Below, piece after piece: positions 1-14,401 of a stretch of DNA of 64,000 nt. The translations under genes and the position numbers were made by a program. The notes under the pieces were generated by a model. It saw only the letters and a list, made by a program, of their open reading frames with translations, ran no database searches and was not told the origin of the DNA. The stretch's first letter is position 1. Each line of letters starts with the position of its first letter. This DNA is from Octopus vulgaris. Lineage: Eukaryota. Location of the stretch: NCBI GenBank assembly GCA_951406725.2, contig OX597832.1:7750001-7814000 (forward strand), written 5' to 3'.

Positions 1-8
1 GCACGTTA

Positions 9-92
<84 letters not shown>
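9..92. repeat. (CTAT)n microsatellite
   Basis: Direct tandem CTAT; similar tracts at 548-660, 5768-5848 and 19643-19700. Confidence 0.97.
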
Positions 93-547
93 TCCAACAT
101 TGTGTACATATTCACAAACATGCATACATACACGCACGCCTGCGCACAAACTCACAGACACACACAAACATACATTCAACTCCCTATAATGCCGTTTCAT
201 TAAAATCCTTTCTCTATCATATATTGTATTACCGTTGCTTTACATTTATTGGTTCTCTTTCTTCGTTTCATTCTTTCCTCATATTTCTCTCACCTCACTC
301 TCTTTCCCACTCTTTTTCTCTCTTTCTGTCTGTCTGTCTCTCCCTCTCTCTTCGGGTCAACTTGGTCCTACCTTCACTTGTTTATTTTGCTTATTATTGT
401 TGGCCACAGTTTTGGTTCTACATTTTATTTCTAGAGTTGCAATTCACTCAATATGTGTGTGTGTGTATTTTTATATATACATTCGTTTGTATCTGCCTAA
501 CAATCTACCTACCTAAATATGTATGCATGTGTGTGTGTGTGTGTGTG

Positions 548-657
<110 letters not shown>

Positions 658-1099
658 CATCTATGGGTTCAAGGTGAATTCGTCTACAAGAATTTGTCTA
701 CAACAATTTATCTACGGATAAAACTAGAGTGTGAGAGATACAGAGAGAGCTGTTTGCATTACACGAAGACTTAGAAACTTCTTTTTCTTAATGACCAAAC
801 TATCACTATATGACAGTTTTTTTTCCTAAAGAGAATAATATGTATCAATAACAGTACAATTTTTCCAAGAGAAAACTGACTAAATTTCGGCACTCTGAAG
901 CCCATACAATGTTTCTTTAATATATAGCGAAAGAGAAACGACAGAAAAAATAGTTCATGGTGGTTACTTATTCCATGAAAATCGAGAGAATAGAGCCTAG
1001 ACTTACAGTAAGTGTAATAAATATCACAAATATAAGTGCTGTGCTCATAAAAGTACATTAGAGGAAGAAATAACTAATCTTGTAAATGAACACAATCAT

Positions 1100-2425
1100 A
1101 TATTATAGATACTGCGGAAGTTGAAGCTACAGAAACTGTTATAAAAATACGGCAGATGGCAAGAACTTCTAATGATACACCACAATCTATAATATCTAAT
1201 GCTTTCGAAGGTTGTAGTGAGGCTGCTCTGTCTAGGCTGCCGTTGACACAAAGTCTTAAAAGGACAGTACCTTTTATAAGGCAACAAAATCATACAGTTC
1301 CAGCCTTACCAAGGACTTGCAATGAATTAATTTTTCCTGGTGAATATACAAAATCCCTCAAAGGTGAAACATTCTTAATATACGATTCCGGTCAAAATGA
1401 TAAACGCATGCTAATTTTTGCTGTCAAACGCAACCTTCATTTACTTTCACAAAGTAATCAATGGTTTGCCGATGGTACATTCAAGACAGTTCCATTGTTG
1501 TTTAACCAACTGTATACTTAGCATGGTTTAAGAGAAAAAGCTTTAGCGCCGTTGGGGCTTGTGTTACTGCCCAACAAATGTGAAGAAACCGATAGTTTTT
1601 ACAGAAAATATAAAAAAATTTAGACCATTCTGTGCACCTTCAGGTGTAACGTAGACTTTGAAAAGGCGATGCAGAATGCATTCCGTAAGGAATTTCCAAA
1701 TGTGAAAATCAAGATATTCGCAGATATTCAGAGACTGGCGTACACGTGCGTACTGGACAAGCTTACCAGAGCACATACATACACACAGTTACAGGTACAC
1801 CAAATACACACACACGCACACACATAGACACACACACACAAATCAAGGGGTTGTTGTGTATTCCGTTCAGTTCAGAGAAATTGTCTCCAGAGATTATACG
1901 AAACGAATTCTGAATTTGCTTTGAGGATACGGATATTGTTAACCATAGCATTTGTTCCAGTTGAAAAAGTGGCCGAGTCATTTAAAATATTATACGATAA
2001 TAATATTTTTCCTGATGAAGCTGAAGACGTAATAGATTATTTTGAGGACACATGGATCAGCCCCCGCCCCCTGGACGGAGAAATATGCAAAGGCCTCCTA
2101 TCTTTGCTCATGAAATATGGAATGCTTATGATGAGGCTTTTCAAAATTTACCAAAAACAAAATTTAGCAAAAACAAATAAAGGATGGCATAGAGCTTTCC
2201 AGGTCCAGGCTGCTGCTCACCATCCAAATATATGGAAATTCATTGATTGCCTTAAGAAGGAGCAAGATTTTAATGAGGTTCAAATAGAACAATACCTCTC
2301 TGGGAGGGATCCTGAAACTACAATAAGTGCTACCATGATACTGCTGAACGAATAAAAAAAGACTAGTGAAAAATTTCAGCAGTACAAATACCTGTGATTA
2401 TATTCGTGGAATAGCAAATAACATT
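1100..2425 (+). pseudogene. Decayed MULE (Mutator-like) transposase
   Basis: ORF pieces 1156-1521 (LIF...L...QWFADGTFKTVPLLFNQLYT) and 1921-2355 (AFVP...DYFEDTWI...TN.GWHRAF...HPNIWKFIDCLKKEQ) match MULE DDE motifs; contains stops, frameshifts and an insertion. Confidence 0.88.
1714..1839 (+). mobile_element. Short (CA)n-tailed insertion within the MULE
   Basis: Flanked by direct repeat AAATCAAG at 1706-1713 and 1840-1847; transposase-like sequence resumes after it. Confidence 0.65.
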
Positions 2426-3024
2426 TCTTTTTTAAACATTTTTTTAATAAAAGGTTTTTCATTTCTTTTTCGTTTTACATTTCGTTCGCTTCGACAGCAA
2501 TCTTATTGTGTCTTTTGTAAATGAGGAATTTTATTTTGTTACTAACTGCAAAATGTTTTTTTTTTTTAACTTTATGTCAGATAGTCTTTAATTCTTTTAA
2601 GTAGTTCAAAACTCCCAAAGATCTAAGCAATTGTCTCTAAAATTGATTTCACTTGCATTATTTTACATTATTTATAACCTTCTAGATACTCATCGGATAC
2701 CCTATCTATGTAAATATCTTGCTGAACACCGTAGCGTAGCAAGAATGTGTGCAACCCGGGAGAACCATTGAGTTTGTTGCACACTTTGAGACCCCCAAGA
2801 TTATACAAACTTACGGACCCATAAATGCCGAACCCATAAAAGCGTCACCAAGGACAAACCGTCCCCCTGCTAGCGAAACTATTTAGTATAAATAAGGGTT
2901 GAAATAATCACAATTATAAATTCATACTGGATCATATCACCAAACTACCTTTATGTCTGTGGGAGATTTTACTCTTAACTTCAATAGAAATTCTGGCTTT
3001 TCTGCTGTATAAATATTAAATTCT

Positions 3025-3408
3025 TCCACTTGGTTCAGTCATTAAATGTCGGCCATGCTGGGGCAGAGCCTTGAAGGATTTTCGTCGAATGAATCGGCCC
3101 CGGTACATATTTTCTTTTTCAGACTGGTACTTATTCTACCGACTTCTTTTTCCGAACCGCTAAGTTACGAGGACACCAAAACCTGTTGTGAAGGAGTGAT
3201 GGAAGATACACACACACTCACACACACACATGCACGTACGCACGCATATATATGACTGAATTTCGGTTTCCGTCTTCCAAATCCACCCACAAGTCTTTGA
3301 TCTGTCCGTGGCTATAACAGAAGACATTTGTCCAAAGCACAACGCAGTGGGACTGAACCTGGAACCATGTGGTTCAAGCTTCCTATTACACAGCCACGCC
3401 TGTGCCAT
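3025..3408 (-). mobile_element. tRNA-derived SINE, family B (diverged)
   Basis: Reverse complement resembles 24806-25250 (GGCTGTG...GGTTCAGTCCCACTGCG...GACGGAAAC...). Confidence 0.75.
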
Positions 3409-4774
3409 TTAATGCAGTTTTTCTTCCAAAGCTGCATTCACAGGAATATTTGAGCTTAGCCTTCGCCAATACAATAGTGTTTCAGCGTTCACATTTCATT
3501 CTCTAGCGATAAGAAGTAATGTCATAGCTATTTACAATTAGATGATGAACATGCGCAAAGAACATAACTGTATGTAGACCCTCCCCTTTTAACTCAACCA
3601 CGACACGCTCTATAGTGAATAAAGCCTGTTCTGCTTTGCAGTTTCTTTATAGTAACATTTACGCGAGTATTTAACAAGAAATCAATAAATATTGTTTTAG
3701 TTTTGAAAATAAATGTATTACGTCGATTCTTTTTTAAAACCCGCCAGTAAATTCAGCAGAAAAAAAGAATATTAAATAAATATGCACTCCGGCATTGTAC
3801 TTTGTTTCTAGATATTGATAAATGTATTTTATGCAAAATGTTACATAGTTTTGTATATACATATTACATGAGGAAGTTTAGAATCATACACACGTATGTG
3901 AAATAGTGTTTAATACCAACATGCATATATATATATGTTTATATATGTAGAGTTCAATAGGAACATGTAGATACGTATATATACACTCTCAAAGGCAGAC
4001 ACACACGCACAGACAGACGCGTACGCACACGCATACATATATAAATTCATACATACATACATACATACATACTTACATACATACATACATGCATGCATAC
4101 ATACATACATGCATACATACATACATACATATACACACACACACACACATATATATATAAGTTTGTATATATATATAAATGGGTGCTATGTATGTATACA
4201 AGCTTGGATTTTTTACGTTTCCTGTCTTGTACATACATGCATATATAAATGTGTGTGTGTTTGTTTATGTGTATGTATGTGTGTGTGAGTAGACATGCAC
4301 TTTGACGCATTAAAAAGCGCCTATACTACGCGTGTATGTGTATGTTTAAGTGTGCGGTGGCACATACATGCAGACACACATATATATACATACACACGAA
4401 TATATGCATAACACTATTTATGTACTTATATATGCGTGTTATATATCTGCATATATTTATTGACGTACATACGGATGTATATATGTAGATTTCATTATTT
4501 TTTGTTACTTGAAGATGATTCGCAAATATGTTATTCTAAGTATGTCTTCTCTCAAAACAGTTCACTTCTGACAGAAAATCAACAACGCACTTTAACGTGT
4601 GTATGTCTTTGAATCTGTGACTAATTATTTGTATATACATTTATGTATGCAAGCATATATATGTATGAATATTTTATGTATATAGGCAGGCTTCTTCTAC
4701 GTATGCATATATATATATGTATGTACAAATATATATATGCATATATGTATGTAAAATTATATGTATGCCATTAT

Positions 4775-4821
<47 letters not shown>

Positions 4822-4841
4822 CATACACATATATATGTATG

Positions 4842-4879
<38 letters not shown>

Positions 4880-5357
4880 CATATATATGTGTATGCATAC
4901 ATATATATATATATATATACATATATATATACTTATATATATATATGTATGTATGTATATACACACACACACACACACATATATATATATGCTTATATTT
5001 ATAGCCTTATTGAAATACAGATACTTCTATCTCTCATATACAAGTGTATATACGAGTCTGTCATTCGGTGCTATTTGAATTTGTGTGTGTTTATTTGTGT
5101 GTGTATGTGCGTGTGTGTTTGCGTGTGTGTGTTTGCGTGTCTATGTATGTGTCTATGTGTGTGTGCATGCATCAATGGATGGATTTTGGGGGTATTTCTG
5201 TGTATGTATGTTAACTTCACCTTATCTATACATGCTTACTGAACCAAGTTTATGTTTGACAGAAAATCAGCAGAGTTTTCTGAAGGCATTATATATTTGG
5301 CCGTTGTATGCATATATTCAATATATTATTATATTATTCGTATGCATATTTATAAAA

Positions 5358-5397
<40 letters not shown>

Positions 5398-5767
5398 GTA
5401 TGTATGCATTTATTTATATATAGGTATACACATATACACACACGCACAAATATATATATATATATATGGATTTTCGAAGTCAGCCTCATATCGATCGCTG
5501 AAGCGCGCGTTTGAATATGTGTATCTATGGGCATTGGTATGTTTGGATGTATATGGAAGGCTCTATGCATCTGTTTTCTGCCATCAGATACCATATTACT
5601 GATTATTTTCCTGCCAAAATACATGGTAATTTATATGCGAAAGTATATACAAACTCTACATGCGAATACATACTTACTTGTATACATGTATATGTGAAAC
5701 CGTATATATGTATATTGACATATAGTTATGCTTGTATATGTAATTCTATCCACCCATTCATCCATCC

Positions 5768-5847
<80 letters not shown>

Positions 5848-5937
5848 GACCGTCTGTTCTTGATGTCCGTCCCCCCTCTCTATTTGTCTAACTATCTATG
5901 ATATATGTATGTGTACACACACACAGACACACACACG

Positions 5938-5987
<50 letters not shown>

Positions 5988-6079
5988 TATATAATATATA
6001 ATATATATAAGTGATATATATATATATATAATATATAATATATATATGTGATATATATATATATATATATACACATACA

Positions 6080-6116
<37 letters not shown>

Positions 6117-6633
6117 TGATAGATAGAGCGTAATAGAAATAGAGAGAAAGATAGAGATAGGGAGAGAGGGAAAGAGAAAGAAAGAAAGAAAAACAGATTC
6201 ATACACATGTGTATGTGTGCTTATGCGTGTATGCATGTATGTACGAGTGTGTTCCATTTATATGATTTTTTTTTCTCTAACAAGCTTCTTCATATGCGTT
6301 TCTGAATTTACATATGAAAGCATCTCTGTTTTGGTGTGCAATGTCTTGTCTATAACTAAATATGTCTGGACGATTTCTTTAGGTTCGTGTAAAGTGTTTT
6401 GATATACAGTGTGTATGGTGAATGTGTGTGTATATTTTGAGGTGAATGCAGCTTTTGGAAAGTAATGCGAAGAAAGGCGGTGCATCATGGCCGCAGTCAA
6501 ACGACTGTGTCAAATATAAGAATAAAAGAATAACATTTTCCTATGTTTTACAGAGATTCGACTAGCCTCTCATCTCACTCCACAAAGTATTTTCCATGTT
6601 TTGCGCCTATCATAGAAAGAATTATTGTTATTA

Positions 6634-6810
6634 AAGGCGTAGAGCTGACAACGTTGTTAACACGTGGGGCAGAATAATTTGCGGCATCTTCCTCCGTTGT
6701 TTACATGGTGAATTCAAATTCTGCTGAGGCCAACTTTGCTTTCATCCTTTCGGGTTCGATAAATTATGTACCGGTGAAACACCGGAGTTAATGTAATCGA
6801 CTAATCTACC
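6634..6810 (+). mobile_element. SINE family A, diverged copy
   Basis: Matches GGCG..GAGCTG...TTCAAATT...CTTTCATCCTTTCGGG..CGATAAAT. Confidence 0.7.
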
Positions 6811-6829
6811 CTACTTGCAGAACACCAAG

Positions 6830-7355
6830 ATACTTCTAAGCTTCTGTGTTCACTTCTCTTACGCGTTCATCAACTGGAGGTTGTACACTACTGCTGTCTA
6901 CCTTTCATCGTCTCAATTCAGTAACGGCACATTATTCCAGACCAAATGCAATCTGGATGTCATGAGAGAAAATGTGTACGGTCTGAATAAGGGTGTCCAG
7001 TTGGCTTTCGTTAGCTCCGTAAAGCTTCAAACCGTTCGTAAATTGCTGATTATTAATTGATCTCATGTTTGTCTGGAGTTTGTAACCTCTTTCCATCTTC
7101 CTCAGAACCATGGAGAGCGGTAACATACAAACAATAAACAACAGCGGTGAAACAGAGTCTCCTTGAAAGATTCCTCTCTTCTTGTCGACTTGTCCAATTT
7201 CATTTCCACCTGCTGCCAAAATTGTCTTCCCGTCCCGCATACTTTTCCTGAATAAATATATCAAACATTTAGATGTCCTGACCATCTTCAGGCATCTTAG
7301 AATCCACGGGTGAAGAACCCTATGATATGCCTTCTTATGGTCAATCCAAGCCATT
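6830..7355 (-). pseudogene. Reverse transcriptase fragment of an R4/Dong-like RLE non-LTR retrotransposon
   Basis: AWIDHKKAY..V.HPWI, RGIFQGDSVSPLLF, degenerate YMDD region, DIQIAFGLE. Confidence 0.85.
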
Positions 7356-7359
7356 AGCA

Positions 7360-8430
7360 AAAATGAATACAGAATCGTTAGCAAAAATAAATACGTTAAC
7401 ATAGTGCTGTAAAGTAAAGGAAGCAATATCCTACGTGTTGGAAGTGAGCTCATCACGAAATACTCTCTTCCTGATGACCTCCCAAAGGAACTCAAATCAC
7501 CCGGACCAGCATACCTCAAAGAAGACCTAGAGGTGAAACACTCAGCATCCAAAAAAAGAAAGAAAAAAAGAGGACCATGCATGGGTATTCTTCTTGTAGA
7601 CCTGAAGAAGATAGTAACACTGACATGAAGAAAAGTCTCTCTTGTACTCGTGACCGCTGCATCACATCACTCTTGGAAGCCTATGCATATCCAAGAACAG
7701 GAGATTGCTACAAGATACCTCCTAATGATGACAGTGAATCCCTTGGAGTAGCAAGTGGCAGCTGTAAGCTTGATTATGTCATTTTGTTTGTGGAAGACAT
7801 CACGTGATTAGCAGTTGGCCCAAATTTTGTCATCAAGTTACAACCTCCCTATGCAACATGAGGATGTCGCAAAAACAATATACAATACCATTCTGTAACT
7901 GACTGCTTTGGAATAAATATAGAGAATTCTTTGTTACTGAAAACGTACACAAATACCAGCACAAAACATACCTGTGGAACATTCGCATCAAAATATCTGC
8001 CAAGTGTAACATAACAGGCCGGATATTGTTGGGACAGCAAGAAAAATTATGTATCGTCATAGAGGTCAGGTGTTCTGTTGATGTAAATATCTCTTTGGAA
8101 ATCAAGGAGAAAGAAGGTAACTGGACGACTGTTTCGAAACCTCCAGCTTTGCGTTTATACTAATGATAATGATAATTGGAGCAATTTGGCTTCGTAAGTA
8201 TTGAATACATGCCTAACTATCAATCTGGATAAGGTTGGATTTTCAGAAAAAGAAATCAACCGATTCGCACATTGCAAATACAATCTTTAGGCGGAAGAGT
8301 AAAATTATGCAGGACATTGCCCAAGTTTAATATTTGACATTGTTTCTGTTATCTACATTCCAAAGATGGAACTTTGTTTCTTTGTATCTTTGTTAGAAAC
8401 CAGCTCCTTCTTCAGAGGAAAAATTTACAT
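7360..8430 (+). pseudogene. C-terminal zinc knuckle/RLE region and 3' end of an R4/Dong-like LINE
   Basis: MHGY, C..C...H....C-like knuckle (~7755-7830), HNRPDI and IVIEV motifs (~8005-8070); followed by an (AC)n tract. Confidence 0.72.
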
Positions 8431-8431
8431 G

Positions 8432-8637
<206 letters not shown>

Positions 8638-9150
8638 TATATATATATTTAAACACGCATTCTTATGTCAGTTTTACGTGGTTTAACTACGGTAGATTGA
8701 ATATTTATTCAGCTATTTATCAACAGGAGAATTTGCAGGCGTCAGTGAATGATTGACAAGTTTCCCGGTGGTAAAGATCAGACAACGACGTGAAATTAAG
8801 AAAATTTCTTAGTTATCTTGTACACATTTAGCAAACGGCACATTTCTTCGTATCACTTATACGGAAAACTAAAAATCAATAAGTGTCTCCCTTGTTTTTC
8901 AAGAAATTTAAACTTCGGATATTTGACATTTATATACTGTGGCTTTAACGTTCTTATTATTATCATTGTTTCCCTTAACTTTTTTTCTTTTGCTTGTTTT
9001 TGATTTAGTAAATCTGTGACGGAAGACATTCCAGTTTGGGGCATCTTATATTTTTATCCTAACATTATAATGTTTAATTTTAGAGAAAGTTAACTCTTAT
9101 TTCAAGTGTAGTGAAAGTGAATATGCCCTCTTGGTAGCTAAATTGTTTGT

Positions 9151-9565
9151 TATTTCTTTATTGCCTACAAGGGAATAAACATAGAAGGGACAAACATGGA
9201 CAGACAAACGGATTAAGTCGATTATATCGACCCCAGTGCGTAACTGGTACTTAATTTATCGATTTTGAAAGGATGAAAGGCAAAGTCACCCTCGGCGGAA
9301 TTTGAACTCAGAACGAAGCGGCAGACGAAATACCTATTTCTTTACTACCCACAAGGGGCTAAACACAGAGAGGACAAACAAGGACAGACAACGGATTAAG
9401 TCGATTATATCGACCCCAGTGCGTAACTGGTATTTAATTTATCGACCCCGAAAGGATGAAAGGCAAAGTCGACCTCGGCAGAATTTGAACTCAGAACGTA
9501 AAGACAGACGAAATACCACTAAGCGTTTCGCCTGGCGTGCTCACGTTTCTGCCAGCTCGCCACCT
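9151..9565 (-). mobile_element. SINE family A tandem dimer
   Basis: Two body copies joined at GACGAAATACC|TATTTC; flanking 21-bp direct repeat at 9130-9150 and 9596-9616. Confidence 0.9.
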
Positions 9566-10171
9566 TAATAGCTAAATTGGAGCTTAATGGCTCGCCTTGG
9601 TAGCTAAATTGTTTGTATTGGCACTGTCGTTACTACGTCGGAAAACAATGCTTAATGCGTGGCAAATTCCGGTTCAAATTCCGCCTAGGTCGACTTTGCC
9701 TTTCATCCTTCAGAATCGATAAAATAAGTACCAGTTGAATACTGGGGTCGCGTTTAATCCACCATCTCCATAATTTATGACCTTGTACCTATAGTAAAAA
9801 TATTTATTCCAGGCGTGAGTGTTGTTGTTATCTGTATTTAAACAATTTTCTTGTTAGACTGTTCGAAATATGCTTTCTATTTAGCTTACAATAAATTGTG
9901 TATTACATTCGTCTTTCATATGGACCAATTTATTTTTGTGGCATCTTTTCATCATGGTGTAGGATTTCGCTTTCAGTGGTCGGTGAGATTGGTAAACATT
10001 TTGAACATAAAATATGGTCAATACATGTAAGCAATTAAAATAAAGTCTGTCTAAAGAAACCTTGACTGCCAAATGCCGGATATAGGGGACATTCTTCAGG
10101 TAACTACATACTCTCTTTTGGCAAGTTCTCCGAAGATATCGTCTGGTAACACTTTAAATACAGTCCCGAAT

Positions 10172-10205
<34 letters not shown>

Positions 10206-10757
10206 TGCCTTCATGCAATACAACTGAATAATAATAAGAGTAAAATTTCTAACAACCACAACTAAACTGGCTTCAGTATTTGAGTGATTTATCGATTCTT
10301 TGAGGCATAAATAGCAAACTTAACCTCCGTGTGATATGAACTCAGGACTTAAAGGATAGTTACAAAATATTTGTCTCAAACTTTGGCTCAAGGCCAGCTC
10401 AACTGGTACTCATTTTAGTCTGCGAAGGTCTTTACGAAGGATCAATTCCTCGAGTTAAAGAGTGGCGATAAGTATAAATATACTGGAATATTAATCGCCC
10501 GAAAATATTCAGCCTTTGCTTTCCTTCTGTTTGAATGTATACATCCATCCATCCATACATGCATATATATATATATATATATATATAGATATATATATGG
10601 GTGTGTGTGATTGTGTATAGAAGAATATATTAATAAAGGGAATTCCAACCTCGTCTGATTTTCACGTTTTATTTACAAACTTATAATGATATAATATAAG
10701 ATAATATAATATAATAAAATAAAATAAAATAATAGAATGTTAAATGTTCATTCTGAT

Positions 10758-10802
10758 TGAACTAGTACTTTCATGCATTAAATTCTGCAATCTTCAGGTT
10801 CA
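10758..10802 (-). ncRNA. Type I minimal hammerhead ribozyme motif
   Basis: Minus strand TGAAC-CTGAAGA-TTGCA gaatttaa TGCAT-GAAA-GTAC-TA-GTTCA: 5-bp helix I, intact core, palindromic helix III AGTACT; first pair of helix II is a U-U mismatch. Confidence 0.7.
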
Positions 10803-11017
10803 TGTAGTAGTGGTGACAGTCATGCTTCACAATTTTTGACTGTAGCGAGATGATTAAATATCTGCCTTAAATACAGCTGTGTAGGCTCCAGATTGCTAGG
10901 TTTTGCAAACTGTATTCTGACCAATCAGTGTGTAGTATCACTCAATTACTTAAGCTGATTGGTTGGTTGAGCTGATTGGTTTAGGTGTCACGCTTTGTTG
11001 AACATGTCAAGAGTCCT

Positions 11018-11080
<63 letters not shown>

Positions 11081-11127
11081 TATGTGTGTGTGTATGTAAA
11101 TATATATGTGTGTATGTAAATATACAA

Positions 11128-11357
11128 GGCGGCGAGCTGGCAGAAACATTAGCACGCCGGGCGAAATGCGTGGCCGTATTTCGTCTGCCGTTACGTTCTG
11201 AGTTCAAATTCCGCCGAGGTCGACTTTGCCTTTCATCCTTTCGGGGTGGATAAATTAAGTGCCAGCTGCGCACTGGGGTCGATGTAATCGACTTAATCCA
11301 TTTGTCTGTCCTTGTTTGTCCTCTCTGTGTTTAGCCCCTTGTGGGTAGTAAAGAAAT
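11128..11357 (+). mobile_element. SINE family A, full length
   Basis: GGCGGCGAGCTGGCAG head, B-box-like GTTCAAATTC, central CTTTGCCTTTCATCCTTTCGGGG domain, tail ending AAAGAAATA. Confidence 0.9.
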
Positions 11358-11919
11358 ATATATATATATGTATGTCTATACAGAGAGAGAAAGGGGAAGA
11401 AACAGTGTGTTGGAGAATGAGAAACAGAAACAGAAAGAAATAGATAGGTGAGAGGCAAGCAAAAGATACGAAGTGAGAGGTAGAAGGAGGGAGAGAAAGA
11501 GAGAAGGGGAGGGAATGAGGGTACCCGTGTGAAAAATCCTGATTTGTACAAAACGCTCTTCTATCTACGATAGCCTTCTCCAAACGTGGGTTATTTTTAA
11601 AATACCAAGAAAATAACTGAATAGACTTTCTTATATCACCGAAACAAAGACTGTAGCATTCGTTTGATACGTATACGCGGCCGAGTGTCTTTAAATCAAT
11701 CCGATATCTTCTGGTTTTTACGTTTGAAAGACCTGTCACATACTTATTATCAGAGATTAGCTACTTTCCTAAATGTCGGAAATTTTGAGACGTATTGTTA
11801 TTCAGATTAGAACTTTTTGAAATATTGATTTCTAACATTAGCACAAAATCACATATATTCTTTTCTTGGATTTGAATTCAGAATATAAAGGGGCGTGTTT
11901 AATACCGCAAGGCATTTCT

Positions 11920-11934
11920 TTATTATTATTATCA

Positions 11935-11992
<58 letters not shown>

Positions 11993-12069
11993 TACTATTA
12001 CTATTATTATTATTAATATTATTATTAATTTTATTATTATTATTATTATTAATATTATTATTATTATTA

Positions 12070-12121
<52 letters not shown>

Positions 12122-12192
12122 TACTATTACTATTATTATTATCATTATTAATTTTATTATTATTATTATTATTAATATTATTATTATTATTA

Positions 12193-12277
<85 letters not shown>

Positions 12278-12303
12278 TACTATTATTATTATTACTATTA
12301 CTA

Positions 12304-12334
<31 letters not shown>

Positions 12335-12358
12335 TATTATTATTATTATTATTATTAA

Positions 12359-12409
<51 letters not shown>

Positions 12410-12410
12410 A

Positions 12411-12493
<83 letters not shown>

Positions 12494-12495
12494 CA

Positions 12496-12530
<35 letters not shown>
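11920..12530. repeat. Long (ATT)n microsatellite with higher-order variant blocks
   Basis: About 600 bp of ATT with recurring ACT/AAT/ATC interruptions. Confidence 0.97.
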
Positions 12531-13124
12531 TTCTCCGGGTAAGTATTTACAATATTTCTATTCACAATACATTACGAACATTTCCATTTCCGATGTCGAT
12601 GTTGTTTAGACTGATGTAATTTCTAATCAATCTATGATGAAATGCAGTGTGGTTCTGGCTAGTCTCTTAGTCTACAGTGTATCTATGTAATTAAAACTAA
12701 ATTGCTCGAAGTTTCCTTCCCACGTAGGATATCATTTCATTGTGATTTAATTGCTGTCTCTACAGGTCGCTGACACATAGGTGAATGTATATATTCTGTT
12801 GACGGACACATTTCGAATCCAGTCTGAGATTGGAATAAGTTCATTATCTTTTTCAACTTGGCTCTGCATTGTTATATGTTTGAGAAGATGTACAATTTAT
12901 TCAAATTTTCCAAAAAAAGGTATACAAAAGCTGAAGCGGAAGAATAAAGTTACTCAAAGTAATAGAATATTACGATAAAGATATATTTCACCTTGATTGA
13001 AATGACATTGAAATGGGTTTGAAATAGAGGGGTGGGGGAAACGAGTGGATTTATCGTACAACCCAGTACATGCATACGATGATATTTGGAAATAAAAACA
13101 AATCAAAATGTGTTGAGTGACATA

Positions 13125-13420
13125 CTGGTTTCAAATTTTAGCACAAGGCCAGCAATTTCGGGAACGGATTAAATCGATTACATCGATCCTACTGCCTTCA
13201 TATTAAGAGAAATATTGATTTCATATTTTGGCACAAGTTCAGCAGGTACAGAAAGTCGATTAAATCGATCACGGTGATCATCTGATGCTTAATTTATCGG
13301 CCCCAAAAGGATGAAAGGCAAAGTCGACCTCAGCAGAATTTGATCTCAGAACAAAAGGACGGTCAAAATGCCGTTGAGCATTTTTCTCGGCATACTCGAG
13401 ATTCTACTAGCTTGTCGCCT
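13125..13420 (-). mobile_element. SINE family A fragments
   Basis: AAGGATGAAAGGCAAAGTCGACCTC core plus a duplicated tail piece. Confidence 0.75.
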
Positions 13421-14370
13421 TCATGTAGAGAGACAAATGGTATGCATATACCTTAAAGTTAAAATTATTTCTCAGGAAAATTATAATTAATTAGAATAAG
13501 CGGACCTGAGGAAGTCTGAAATGAACAAAACGTCCTTTGCATTCAGTTGTGGAGTTGAAGACGAGAATCACTTCCAGTGCAAGATTTTATATATTTTCCA
13601 TAAATTATAATAAAATAAGTTTCCTAACGTGTTTAAAAATGAGGCAAAAGCGACATCATAACACCAAATAAAAATATTTAACGTGTGGTGTACATCATAA
13701 GGATGTAGCAATTTCGGGAGAACGTCAAATAATTCGATTTTTTAACGGTTGAATTGAAGTGGGTAAAACTTGTAAATATTGGGTTAAAAACTGTTCAGAT
13801 AGAAAATAAGTCGGACCGATATATGTAAAAACGAGAGTCGTGCTACAATGGAATCCAAAGCAATCGTTCGAGATTGTTTACCTATTTTAGAGAATTTGTA
13901 CTTACCACCGAGAAATGCATGTTATTTACACCTTACGCCCATTGAAAGATAGCTATCACAAATCCTATCACAATGTGAAAGAAAAGGAACAGGTTTTAAC
14001 AAAAAAAAGAAAAAAAGGAAAAAGCCCGCCAAATTAAAAAAAAGGTTAAGAGACAGACTTGCCAAATATCTGACAAATTCGGAAAACTACATGAAAATTC
14101 TCAGCAAGTGAGGTCAGCTATCGTCAGCTTGATACGAAACGAATAGGTTGGGCAAGCTGCTAACTTCATATAGGTGTATTTCTCTAGCATCTTTTTTTTT
14201 TTGCTTAAAAGCAAACTCAAAGATACAAGAAGCAGAAACTTAACTAGCGTAGATAGCAAGGATTCCAACCATTTTTTGGGGGCGGTGGAGTGGAGGGGAT
14301 TCAAGTGTCTGATTTGCACAACCTGTCAGTAAAAGAACATGTAATTTAGAAATCCACACAAAAGCAATTG

Positions 14371-14401
<31 letters not shown>

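Noticed and set aside
8335-8420. Minus-strand CTGAAGA...GAAACAATGTC at the LINE 3' end
   Set aside because: Helix II does not close next to GAAA and helix I is absent
12750-12800. Polypyrimidine-CAG splice acceptor candidates (also near 6550, 23233 and 53652)
   Set aside because: No convincing coding exon follows; unsupported without transcripts
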